From Candidatus Thorarchaeota archaeon (GTDB taxonomy: Archaea; Asgardarchaeota; Thorarchaeia; Thorarchaeales; Thorarchaeaceae), in assembly GCA_030669595.1 (NCBI GenBank), contig DAOVDG010000002.1:1-56773 (forward strand): 56,773 nt of DNA, in the 5' to 3' direction. Shown here piece after piece: positions 24,883 to 33,707 of this stretch. Position numbers and translations under genes: made by a program. The stretch's first letter is position 1. Each line of letters starts with the position of its first letter. The notes beneath the pieces were generated by a model. That model saw nothing but the letters and a program-made list of their open reading frames with translations, was not told the DNA's origin and made no database searches.

Positions 24883-27495
24883 ATGAGCGATAATCACTCA
24901 CACGCTCCCCACAACGATGATGAAACCAATGCACGAGAGCAAATCAAAAGGGCGGAGGCTCGATACCGGGCTCTCTTCGACACTATACCCATTGGACTCT
25001 ACCGTAGTACGTCTGAGGGGGCAATTTTGGATGTCAACCCTCGCTTGGTTCAGCTTCTGGGACACAGTAACAAGAACTCCCTAATCGAGACAAGTGCGGC
25101 TGATCTATATGTCAATTCTCAAGCCCGTCAGAAATGGCAAGTCTTGATGAAGAACGAGGGAGTTGTGCGCGGTTTTGAAACACAGGTTCGCCGGCATGAC
25201 GGACAGCTCATCTGGGTGCGAGATAGTGCACGAGCAATCCGAGATGCTAGCGGTCGGATCACGCACTATGAGGGAAGCTTGGAGGACATCAACGAGCGCA
25301 AGCTCGCGGAGGATAAGATCCGGAAGAGCGAGACGAGATTCAGGACGCTGTTTCAAGAAGCGCCTATCGGACTTCTAAGCATTGATATTCATGGGGCCAT
25401 TCAAGGTGTCAATCGGACTGCCTTGGAACTCCTAGGGTCCCCATCGAAAAAGGCGACCAAACAAATCAACATTCTCACCTTCCAACCATTGAGGGATGCG
25501 GGTATCTCTGTTCGTTTCGAGGAGTGTGTCAAGGAAGGCAAGATTGTTGGTGATGAACAGCCATACACGTCAAAATGGGGCAAGTCTGCAGTTTTGCAGT
25601 ACAAGCTGGCTCCTTTATTCGACACGGATAGCAACATCATCGAGGTCTTGTGTGGTTTCGTTGACATTAGTGATCTCAAGCGGTCCGAGCAGGAGCTGCG
25701 CGAGAGCGAAGAACGACTGCGTCAAGTGATAGACATGGTTCCACACCAGATATTCGTGAGGGATCGTGAAGGACGACTTGTACTACTGAACAAAACCTTT
25801 GCGGAAAGCTATGACGCTACAGTCGAGGATATTCTCGGGAAGAGATTCAGTTCCATCCATGCGGATGCGCATGAGGTTGAAACGTTTCTCCGGGAAGACG
25901 CCGAGGTCATCAGAACAAAGAAACAAACACACTTTCCCGAATCTCAATTCACCATGCTCGACGGTTCAGTCCGGTGGCATGACACACGCAAGATTCCCAT
26001 CCGATTCGGTGACTATGGAACCTGTGTTCTAGGTGTGGCGTTGGACATCACTGAGAACAAACAAGCCGCGGAAGAGATTCGGAAAAGCGAGGAGAAGTTC
26101 AGGATGCTCTTCCAAGAAACCCCTATTGGAATTCTGACTTGTGATGTTGAAGGAAACATCCTGAGCGTCAATAGAACTGCTCTTGAGCTGCTTGGTTCAC
26201 CTTCGGAAAAGGCAACCAAGCAAATCAACCTCTTGACATTCAAGGCCTTACAGGATGCTGGTATTTCAGACGACGTTAAGCGTTGCATGACGCAATCCAA
26301 AACAGTTGAATCTGAACGGCCATATGTTTCCAAGTGGAGGAAGTCTATATTCCTGCGAATTAAAATTATCCCCATGTCGAACCAAGATGGGACAGTTAAT
26401 GGAGTTCTGGCTGCTTTCGAAGACATCAGCGAGCGCAAATTGGCAGAGGAAGCGCTCAGTCAGAGCGAAGAAACTCACCGGACAATCATCCAGTCGATGA
26501 ATGACTTGATTTTTGTGTTTGATAAGAACGACCGCTTTACAAACATCCACGCGTCAACGCAGGAATTGATGATCGCATCGCCTGAGGAGTTCCTAGGCAA
26601 GACGATTGCAGAGGCAATGCCATCACCAATTGCAGGACAATTCTCCAATCTCAGTCGAGTTGTGAGAGAAACTGGCGAAACCAAGAGAATGGACTACTCT
26701 TCTGAGATTGACGACAAAGAACACTGGTTCTCTGCGGACTTCAATCCCCATGAAGATGGAGAGCGAATTGTCGTTGTTGTGAGGGACATAACGGAACTGA
26801 AGGCCGCCGAAAAACGCATCAGAGCGGAGAGAAATGGGGCAATGTTCTACTTGGATCTCATGGCGCACGATTTTCGGAATCAACTGCAAGTGATTCTAGC
26901 CAACTCTGCGCTCCTTGGAGCTACAAACGACCTGACAAGTCAGAGGTCTATGCTTGCCCAGATTGAGCAATCATGCGAGAAGTGTTCCGAGATGATCGAT
27001 AAGGTCAAGTTGACCGAACAACTCATGACTGTATCCCTGAAGGAAACGTCCCTAGACGAGACCTTGAGGAGCTGCATTGAGAACCTACGTATTCGTTTTA
27101 GAAACATCTCTGTTGAAAGCTCATTTGATGTCAAAGATGCTGTAGTTCTTGCTGACGAGTTTCTCGAACGACTCCTATCGAATCTGATGATGAATGCAGT
27201 AGAGCATAATCCTAACAGCGAGAAACACATCTGGATTAGCCTTCAAAAGCAAGAGAGAGGTTACGTAGTTGCTATCGCAGACAATGGCCCTGGGATCTCT
27301 GACACGATGAAGACAAGTTTGTTTGACATGTCTCGCCGGTTCGGAGGTATCGGGCTGCACCAAGCCAAGCAAATTATCGAGAAGTATGGGGGACAAATCG
27401 AGGTCCATGACCGTGTGCCTAGCGCTTTCAGCAAGGGGGCTGAGTTTCGTCTATACTTTCCGAGGTTCAGAAGTGAATCGACTGTGACTTCCTAG
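24883..27495 (+). CDS. Multi-PAS sensor histidine kinase (cytoplasmic)
   Basis: At least five PAS-like modules, marked by repeated Y(R/K)xLF...PxG...D..G.I...N motifs. Phospho-acceptor region MAHDFRNQLQVI. HATPase motifs NLMMNAVEHN, IADNGPGIS, GGIGL. No TM segment. Confidence 0.85.
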   Translation: MSDNHSHAPHNDDETNAREQIKRAEARYRALFDTIPIGLYRSTSEGAILDVNPRLVQLLGHSNKNSLIETSAADLYVNSQARQKWQVLMKNEGVVRGFETQVRRHDGQLIWVRDSARAIRDASGRITHYEGSLEDINERKLAEDKIRKSETRFRTLFQEAPIGLLSIDIHGAIQGVNRTALELLGSPSKKATKQINILTFQPLRDAGISVRFEECVKEGKIVGDEQPYTSKWGKSAVLQYKLAPLFDTDSNIIEVLCGFVDISDLKRSEQELRESEERLRQVIDMVPHQIFVRDREGRLVLLNKTFAESYDATVEDILGKRFSSIHADAHEVETFLREDAEVIRTKKQTHFPESQFTMLDGSVRWHDTRKIPIRFGDYGTCVLGVALDITENKQAAEEIRKSEEKFRMLFQETPIGILTCDVEGNILSVNRTALELLGSPSEKATKQINLLTFKALQDAGISDDVKRCMTQSKTVESERPYVSKWRKSIFLRIKIIPMSNQDGTVNGVLAAFEDISERKLAEEALSQSEETHRTIIQSMNDLIFVFDKNDRFTNIHASTQELMIASPEEFLGKTIAEAMPSPIAGQFSNLSRVVRETGETKRMDYSSEIDDKEHWFSADFNPHEDGERIVVVVRDITELKAAEKRIRAERNGAMFYLDLMAHDFRNQLQVILANSALLGATNDLTSQRSMLAQIEQSCEKCSEMIDKVKLTEQLMTVSLKETSLDETLRSCIENLRIRFRNISVESSFDVKDAVVLADEFLERLLSNLMMNAVEHNPNSEKHIWISLQKQERGYVVAIADNGPGISDTMKTSLFDMSRRFGGIGLHQAKQIIEKYGGQIEVHDRVPSAFSKGAEFRLYFPRFRSESTVTS
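25318..25692 (+). repeat. Intragenic duplicated PAS module, copy 1 (125 codons)
   Basis: IRKSETRFRTLFQEAPIGLL...VNRTALELLGSPSKKATKQINILTF...DISDLKRSEQ. It aligns without gaps to copy 2. Confidence 0.8.
26077..26451 (+). repeat. Intragenic duplicated PAS module, copy 2 (125 codons)
   Basis: IRKSEEKFRMLFQETPIGIL...VNRTALELLGSPSEKATKQINLLTF...DISERKLAEE. By hand count, 70 of 125 positions are identical to copy 1. The copies start 759 nt apart, in frame. Confidence 0.8.
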
Positions 27496-27692
27496 CTTGG
27501 GTCAGGTGGCAGTGTTCGCCCCAGGATGACTTGTTTCATGCAACAGACATGCAAGGGCCATCTAGATTGGAGTCGCAATGTGCATCATCAGGAACGCATA
27601 AAGGCGATGTCGATTGTTGGGCCCTCCACGCACTTCTGAGATTAGGGGATAATCCGGTGACAGAGAATGAAGAGCTTGGATACATAGGCAAG

Positions 27693-28943
27693 ATGCGGCT
27701 CTTCAGTGCAGATGCCAGGCTCTTCATTGCGTTTAACGCGACGCGTGCATTCTCTTGGAGTATGGGGGGCGTCATCTTCAATCTCTATATGGTTGAGGCC
27801 GGCTTTGAAGCCGACTTTCTCGGTGTATTCCTAGCGGTCGCGATGTTTGCCACCGCGGGCGTTTCCATCATTGCAGGACTGTTTACCGACAGGCGAAGTA
27901 GGAAGAACATCATACTTGTATCATCTGCGGTTTCGTTTTTCGCCATCGCCCTTCAGTATGCGGTGCTTGATGCGTCTTGGCTTTTGATCTCACAGGCTCT
28001 TCTCGGTTTCTCTAGCGCATTCATTATGGTGGCTTGGTCTCCCTACGTGACAGGCTTGTCAACATCTAAAGAGCGAGCACACCTGTTCGGATTCAGCAGC
28101 GGCGTTGCCTTGCTTGCGGTTCTTGCGGGCAGTGTCTTAGGCGGTTATCTGCCACATCTCCTCATGGAGCTACAGGGTGTTGCTCCCACACTCTTCTGGG
28201 CTTATAGGAAGACCCTCTGGCTCAGCCTCCTACCCCTAGCGGTTTCAACTCTGATTGTCGTGCCAATGACACGCGACCGTCCCACAAGCGTTACTCGAAG
28301 CTTTGGTGTTGGTCACATCACGAATTCGAGGTTCATCGCCAAATACGCGGCCACTGTCACAGTTGTTGGGATGGGTGCTGGGATTATTGTCATGTACTTC
28401 AACCTGTTCTTTTCATGGTGGGGCGCAGACTCTACTCTCATCGGCATAATCTTTGGCCTTAACATTCTCGTCCTCTCGGCTGGCAACTTCTTGGCGCCAG
28501 CCATGGCTGACCGCATTGGCAAGGTGAAGACCGTTGTAATCACCGAGGCTCTTTCGATACCATTTCTATTGATGCTTTATTGGTCACCTTTCTTCAGCTT
28601 GGCAGTCTTGGCATACATTGCAAGGGGCACGCTCATGAATATGGCTGGACCTGTTTCTAATACTCTCTTCATGGAAGGACTTACCAAGGAGGAGCGGTCC
28701 ACTGCAATGGGTGTTGTCGGAACGGGTGACCAGTTCGTTCGAGGCGTGGGTGCCATTATTGGCGGAGGGTTTCTTGCAGCTGGGCTGTACAAAGAGCCCT
28801 ATTTACTAGTGTCAGGACTCTACGTTCTAGCAGTTGTCATGTTCTACTATTTCTTCAAGAACAAAGAACAGGAGATTGAAGCAATCGCGAAAATCAAAGT
28901 CACACTGGCGGAAGAAACCGAGGCCACTTCAGATATCATCTGA
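27693..28943 (+). CDS. MFS-family transporter
   Basis: ORF 27531..28943. The ATG at 27693 (MRLFSADARLFIAFNATRAFSW...) fits an MFS N-terminus. About 12 hydrophobic segments. DRRSRKN loop motif. Confidence 0.7.
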   Translation: MRLFSADARLFIAFNATRAFSWSMGGVIFNLYMVEAGFEADFLGVFLAVAMFATAGVSIIAGLFTDRRSRKNIILVSSAVSFFAIALQYAVLDASWLLISQALLGFSSAFIMVAWSPYVTGLSTSKERAHLFGFSSGVALLAVLAGSVLGGYLPHLLMELQGVAPTLFWAYRKTLWLSLLPLAVSTLIVVPMTRDRPTSVTRSFGVGHITNSRFIAKYAATVTVVGMGAGIIVMYFNLFFSWWGADSTLIGIIFGLNILVLSAGNFLAPAMADRIGKVKTVVITEALSIPFLLMLYWSPFFSLAVLAYIARGTLMNMAGPVSNTLFMEGLTKEERSTAMGVVGTGDQFVRGVGAIIGGGFLAAGLYKEPYLLVSGLYVLAVVMFYYFFKNKEQEIEAIAKIKVTLAEETEATSDII

Positions 28944-29844
28944 AGTACATTTCAAGGGCGCGGCGCATTACGTCCTCGTCGGCTGGGAATACCAGCGGGA
29001 TTGCCGTATAAGTTGCAGTGCAGGGATTTCCTCTGGCAACATGGAACACAACCTTTGGTCGACCATTCTCACCTGGGTGATCTATCTCCACTACATAGCT
29101 CGTCACTGTAGACATTTGCCCCTCGCCAGAGCTGTGTTTGCAGATGCTCGACTGACTTGGACCTTCGCCATGGTCCTTTAGAGCGGAAAAAACGTCTTGG
29201 ACGCTGGTAACGTTTTTGAATAGCTCATAGCCACGGTCAACTCGTATCGTCGAGTTCACAAAGCTGTCAACACCCTTTGAGCCCAAATGCTGACTAAGAA
29301 CTTCCTCAGTATCAAGCATGATGTGATGTCCCGCGCGGAGCACTTTCCGTTCGGACCACTCGATTGAATAGTCATTCCCCGCAATCTCAATAACAAGCAT
29401 ACTGTCGTGGTCCGCAAGAATGAGGTTTCCCCACTGGAATTTCCGGCCGTTCCTTAGCTGGTCCACAGTCATTCTGAAACCGTCCTCTGCATCCTTGGCG
29501 AACACAAGTATCTGTTCGGTGAGGATATCATATGTTGGGTCCTCTGTGCCCATGACGTGGCTATTTGCCACTGCAAGGCCGTATCGGTTCACGCCAATCG
29601 AGAGACCACCAGTCTTGCCTGTAACCATGTCGATTCCTCTCACACCAAATGCATCGACATCGTGAAAAAGCACATCCCTATGGGAGGTGGAGTACAGGTC
29701 CCTGTTCTTGAAGAGAAGCGTCTTGTTGAGGTCACGAAGAATTACTGCACCTGCAAAGCTCGCCATTGTCCTCTCACACCCAATAGCAACAGCGCTATCC
29801 CGCACACAATATAAGTCATCATTGTACATAGAAGTTAAAGGCAT
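28936..29844 (-). CDS. Ntn-hydrolase-type protein (peptidase C45 / acyl-CoA:6-APA acyltransferase / choloylglycine-hydrolase-like)
   Basis: LFKNRDLYSTSH, GLSIGVNRYGLAVANSHV, WGNLILADHDSMLVIEIAGN. Family assignment is by pattern only. Confidence 0.45.
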   Translation of the reverse strand: MPLTSMYNDDLYCVRDSAVAIGCERTMASFAGAVILRDLNKTLLFKNRDLYSTSHRDVLFHDVDAFGVRGIDMVTGKTGGLSIGVNRYGLAVANSHVMGTEDPTYDILTEQILVFAKDAEDGFRMTVDQLRNGRKFQWGNLILADHDSMLVIEIAGNDYSIEWSERKVLRAGHHIMLDTEEVLSQHLGSKGVDSFVNSTIRVDRGYELFKNVTSVQDVFSALKDHGEGPSQSSICKHSSGEGQMSTVTSYVVEIDHPGENGRPKVVFHVARGNPCTATYTAIPLVFPADEDVMRRALEMYFR

Positions 29845-30673
29845 GGCAGGGAGTCATCCAAAACGGTCTGATGGTGCTAGATGGAGCGTGAATGCGGTCG
29901 ACCCTCGGGCTATCCTGAATGGAATTGACTTGGTTCTGCTTGAGCCGAACATAGTATGTGTGAATCAGACAGAGTCAACAAACGTCTTGGCTAGGGTCAT
30001 GGTAGAAGGAGGTCTCGGCGAAGGACTTGTCATAGTTGCTGATCTGCAGACCAAGGGACGAGGGAGACATGATAGGACGTGGCATTCCCCCTTGGGTGGA
30101 CTCTACTTCTCTATCGTGTTGAAACCCCGAATCGCGGACGAGACTGCGCCATTGTTGGGGTTCCTTACAGCTTGTGCAATTGCCACAGAGATTCGCGAGG
30201 TTCTTGGTTTGGAGGTTTCTCTGAAGTGGCCCAATGATATCTTGGTTGGTGACCGAAAGCTGGGCGGCATTCTCAGTGAAACCATTTCGACGAATGGCAG
30301 TCTGTTAGCCGTTATTGGGGTCGGCATCAACCAGAACGTGAAGAGAGAAGACTTGCCAGCTGAGCTACAAGATAATGCTACTACGATTCTCAGCGAAATC
30401 GGCAGAGAAACGTTAAGAGAAAATCTCATCTCAGCTATCATCAGTGGAATCGATTCCAGACTCGGTCGAGTGGAGTCTGATTCATCGTTCAGCTCAATCC
30501 TTGACGAGTGGACTGGTCATAGCAGCACCATTGGCAGGTCAGTACGCGTTCGTGATGGGTCTGAAATCATCGAAGGGCTTGCTATCGGCATTGGGCCTGA
30601 TGGATCACTGGAGGTAGAGGGCAGCGACGGCGAGCTGAAGAGAATACTCATCGGAGATATCTTCCATCTCTAG
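29843..30673 (+). CDS. birA: Biotin--[acetyl-CoA-carboxylase] ligase
   Basis: ORF 29687..30673 with the first ATG at 29843. TESTNVLA, QTKGRGRHDRTWHSPLGGLYFSIVL, KWPNDILVGDRKLGGILSE, GVGINQN. Confidence 0.85.
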   Translation: MAGSHPKRSDGARWSVNAVDPRAILNGIDLVLLEPNIVCVNQTESTNVLARVMVEGGLGEGLVIVADLQTKGRGRHDRTWHSPLGGLYFSIVLKPRIADETAPLLGFLTACAIATEIREVLGLEVSLKWPNDILVGDRKLGGILSETISTNGSLLAVIGVGINQNVKREDLPAELQDNATTILSEIGRETLRENLISAIISGIDSRLGRVESDSSFSSILDEWTGHSSTIGRSVRVRDGSEIIEGLAIGIGPDGSLEVEGSDGELKRILIGDIFHL

Positions 30674-30758
30674 GTACGTACGAAGGAAGGCTTTTCTCCC
30701 GAGTGCATATTCATGAAACTATGGATTTTCTTGTCTTGTCCAATAGTCGAAGGTTTGA

Positions 30759-31640
30759 ATGAGCGGAGTGGAACTATTCTTGGGAACGACTGTAATCAAA
30801 GTCGATGGCTCAGAACTCGATGAGCTACGTAGCCTGCTACTCAAGGCTCCTTCCACAGCGGAGAAGCGGACGACAAATGAGTACGAGTCTTTCAGAATCG
30901 GATACAGCGGCGGCTCCATAATCGGATATTCAAGCGGGAAGGTGGTCATCACTTCCGAACCAGCGGTCCAGCTAGTTCGCGAAGCCCTTCAGAAGATGGT
31001 TTTCAAGGACGCGGACTATGACCTTGTCATAGGATCTGACGAAGCTGGGAAGGGGGAATGGTTGGGTCCTATGGTCGTTGCGGCAGTGGCGCTAACTCCA
31101 ACCCAATCGAGTGATTTGAGAGCAGAAGGGGTCATGGATAGCAAAGCCCTGTCGTTGGATCGAATAGGTGAGCTTGCCCACGTGATAGTTAAGCTCAACA
31201 CTGCTCTGAAGACAGTGACTCTCCCGCCAGATGCGTTTAATGCGCTTCTGAAGGAGTTTCATGATGAAGGGAAGAATCTGAATGACCTTCTAGCCTGGGC
31301 TCATGCGAAAGCAATATCACAAGTGGTTTCCGAGCTAGACCTAAGAAACGGCAACCAACAGGTCCGGATTGTGGTTGACGAGTTTGCACGTTCCAAGACA
31401 GAGAAGCGCCTTGCCAGAGTGATAGACCTCGATTCTGTTGACCTCATTCAGAGACCTCATGCGGAAGATGAGATGGCAGTTGCGGCATCCAGCATAGTTG
31501 CCAGGAATGCACGCGAGGATTGGATTGATCAAGCCTCGATCAGGTTGGAAATGAACCTGCGAACACTAAGCATGAAGGAAGCCGCTAACAGGGATGATTG
31601 CAATCTCTATGCAAAGACCAGCTATCTTCGCAGGGATTAG
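30759..31640 (+). CDS. rnhC: Ribonuclease HIII-like (RNase HII/HIII catalytic domain with an N-terminal TBP-like/DUF3378-type domain)
   Basis: The N-terminal ~85 aa reads ESFRIGYSGGSIIGYSSGKVVITS. Then IGSDEAGKGEWLGPMVVAAV, VMDSKAL, IVVDEF and AVAASSIVAR. Confidence 0.6.
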   Translation: MSGVELFLGTTVIKVDGSELDELRSLLLKAPSTAEKRTTNEYESFRIGYSGGSIIGYSSGKVVITSEPAVQLVREALQKMVFKDADYDLVIGSDEAGKGEWLGPMVVAAVALTPTQSSDLRAEGVMDSKALSLDRIGELAHVIVKLNTALKTVTLPPDAFNALLKEFHDEGKNLNDLLAWAHAKAISQVVSELDLRNGNQQVRIVVDEFARSKTEKRLARVIDLDSVDLIQRPHAEDEMAVAASSIVARNAREDWIDQASIRLEMNLRTLSMKEAANRDDCNLYAKTSYLRRD

Positions 31641-31657
31641 TTATCATCCATTCCTAA

Positions 31658-33622
31658 ATGGATTGTTTTGTGATTGCTAACACAACAAAGATTAAGGTCC
31701 GGGGACCCCCTTGTAGAGTTGTTTTGGCGTTGAAGCGACAGTTGACACCACGTGTGTTTGGTTGGGATACGAGGGAATTTTCTAGTCTGGTTTTGATAGT
31801 CGCGATTCTTGCTTTTGCCTTATTTCCTACATCCATTAGGTCCCAGCCCCTCCTTGAGCTTGGATTGAAGAATGGTCCCTTCGTTGACAAGATACAGTTC
31901 AAAGTAATACCAGACGACGATCAACAGGTTCTTGCACTGCTGAACGATGAGATTGATCTCATTGGCAGCATGATTCATCCTAGCTTCCTCTCCCAGTTGA
32001 ATATGTCTGAGAGTGTCAATGTTGTTAATCACCTCCGAAATGGATACGGCTACATCGTGATCAACTGTACAAAGTATCCTTTCAATATCACTGCCTTTAG
32101 AAGGGCCGCCGCTTTTGCTCTCGACAAGTATGCGATTTCTGAAGATATATGGGAGGGTTTCTCACAGCCTCAGGACTCGTGCGTGCCATCGATGAACCCC
32201 TTCTCTATCGAGGGCCAACTATCCTACTCCTACTACGATGCCAATATCGAGCTTGGTAATCAATTGCTTGATGATGCTGGGTTCCTTGATGTGGACGTGG
32301 ATGGATTCAGAGATGCCCCTGACGGTTCAAACTTCGACATCCTCGTGGAAGTAGTGCAATCCTCGAATATGGCGATAGAGGTTGGGGAGAAGATGGCTGA
32401 GGGACTGCGAGCCCTCAACATCAATGCTATTTCAGAGCCAATAGACATCCCCGAGTATGGAATCGAGGATTTCGACATGGTCTTCCTCGGCTTGAGCTTC
32501 GACAGCTTCGACGTTGATTGGCTCGCATACGAGTTCTGGGGAGAGCACGTAGATGAGCCCTACCAGAACATGGCGAGCTGGAGGAATGCAAGTTATGATA
32601 GGTGGCGTGACCAGCTCCTCAATTCCACTTCCTACGAGGAGGTCTATGAGGCTGCGATTGAGATGCAAAGAGTGTGGGTCTATGAGTGTCCGTGGGTTAT
32701 CTGCTACGAGAACTTCCACATCTCAGCCTACCGGACAGACAAGTTCGAGGGTCACGTTAACGATTGGTCCGATGGAGTTCCCGGCAGTTGGACGAACAAG
32801 AAAGCCCATCTAAAGGCTGACCAGGGTGGTCCGTTCGGCGGAACCCTTCGCCGGAGCAACTCGTTCGACCCCGACACATTCAACTTGTTGAGTGCTAGCT
32901 CAGCTTACACCATCCAAGTGTTGATCGAGCTCTATGACAGCATGATGACCCTTGGTCCCGAAGGCAATGACATGATGTGGCTGGCCAAGACATACTTGGC
33001 TGAAACGCATGCTACGAATGCCGCAATCCCTGCAGGACATACCCGATTCACCTTCCAATTGCTCCAGAATGCAACTTGGACTGATGGTACTCCATTGACG
33101 GCTGAGGATGTCGCGTTCTCACTGAACTTTCTAAGAAACGCACCTAGAAACAGATATCGGCAAGACCTGCTGGACATGAGTGCAGCATATGCTCCATCAA
33201 CCTACACAGTCGTTGTTGAGTTCAGCACTGAATCCTACTGGCACTTACACGGCGTTGCATTCAAGCCAGTCTTTCCGAAGCATATCATGAAGGAGATCTT
33301 GATTGAGGACTGGGCTTACTGGAGCCCCAATCCTCCAGTTGAGGAGATGGTGACCTCTGGACCATTCAATGTATCTGAGTATGTCGCAGGTGAGTTCTGC
33401 GAGTTGACGTACAATCCGAACTACTTCTTCGGACTGAATCGAAGCGCAGGAGGCGAGCCAAACTCGACAACTCTTCCGAGTAACGGCACGCCGCCTGTCA
33501 CCTCATTTGGTTGGTTTGATCCGTTCGGCGAGATGGACCTCGCTGGACGTGTCGTAACGACTGGATCATTATTCGTGATAGTCGTGGTCATCGTTCTTTG
33601 GTGGAAAGACACACGAGACTGA
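31658..33622 (+). CDS. ABC-transporter family-5 (peptide/nickel, OppA/DppA-like) substrate-binding protein with a C-terminal TM anchor
   Basis: Paralog of the next gene. LRNGYGYIVINCTKYPFN, RRAAAFALDK, WTDGTPLTAEDVAFS. C-terminal hydrophobic segment TGSLFVIVVVIVLWW. The start is uncertain; the GTG at 31754 would give a shorter, signal-peptide-like N-terminus. Confidence 0.7.
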   Translation: MDCFVIANTTKIKVRGPPCRVVLALKRQLTPRVFGWDTREFSSLVLIVAILAFALFPTSIRSQPLLELGLKNGPFVDKIQFKVIPDDDQQVLALLNDEIDLIGSMIHPSFLSQLNMSESVNVVNHLRNGYGYIVINCTKYPFNITAFRRAAAFALDKYAISEDIWEGFSQPQDSCVPSMNPFSIEGQLSYSYYDANIELGNQLLDDAGFLDVDVDGFRDAPDGSNFDILVEVVQSSNMAIEVGEKMAEGLRALNINAISEPIDIPEYGIEDFDMVFLGLSFDSFDVDWLAYEFWGEHVDEPYQNMASWRNASYDRWRDQLLNSTSYEEVYEAAIEMQRVWVYECPWVICYENFHISAYRTDKFEGHVNDWSDGVPGSWTNKKAHLKADQGGPFGGTLRRSNSFDPDTFNLLSASSAYTIQVLIELYDSMMTLGPEGNDMMWLAKTYLAETHATNAAIPAGHTRFTFQLLQNATWTDGTPLTAEDVAFSLNFLRNAPRNRYRQDLLDMSAAYAPSTYTVVVEFSTESYWHLHGVAFKPVFPKHIMKEILIEDWAYWSPNPPVEEMVTSGPFNVSEYVAGEFCELTYNPNYFFGLNRSAGGEPNSTTLPSNGTPPVTSFGWFDPFGEMDLAGRVVTTGSLFVIVVVIVLWWKDTRD

Positions 33623-33707
33623 TGTTGATTCTCTGCCATTCCATTATGTATTCAAAAGCACAAGAAGGCTTTTGTGAAAGTTCTGACTTAGCAAACCCGC
33701 GTGCAAG

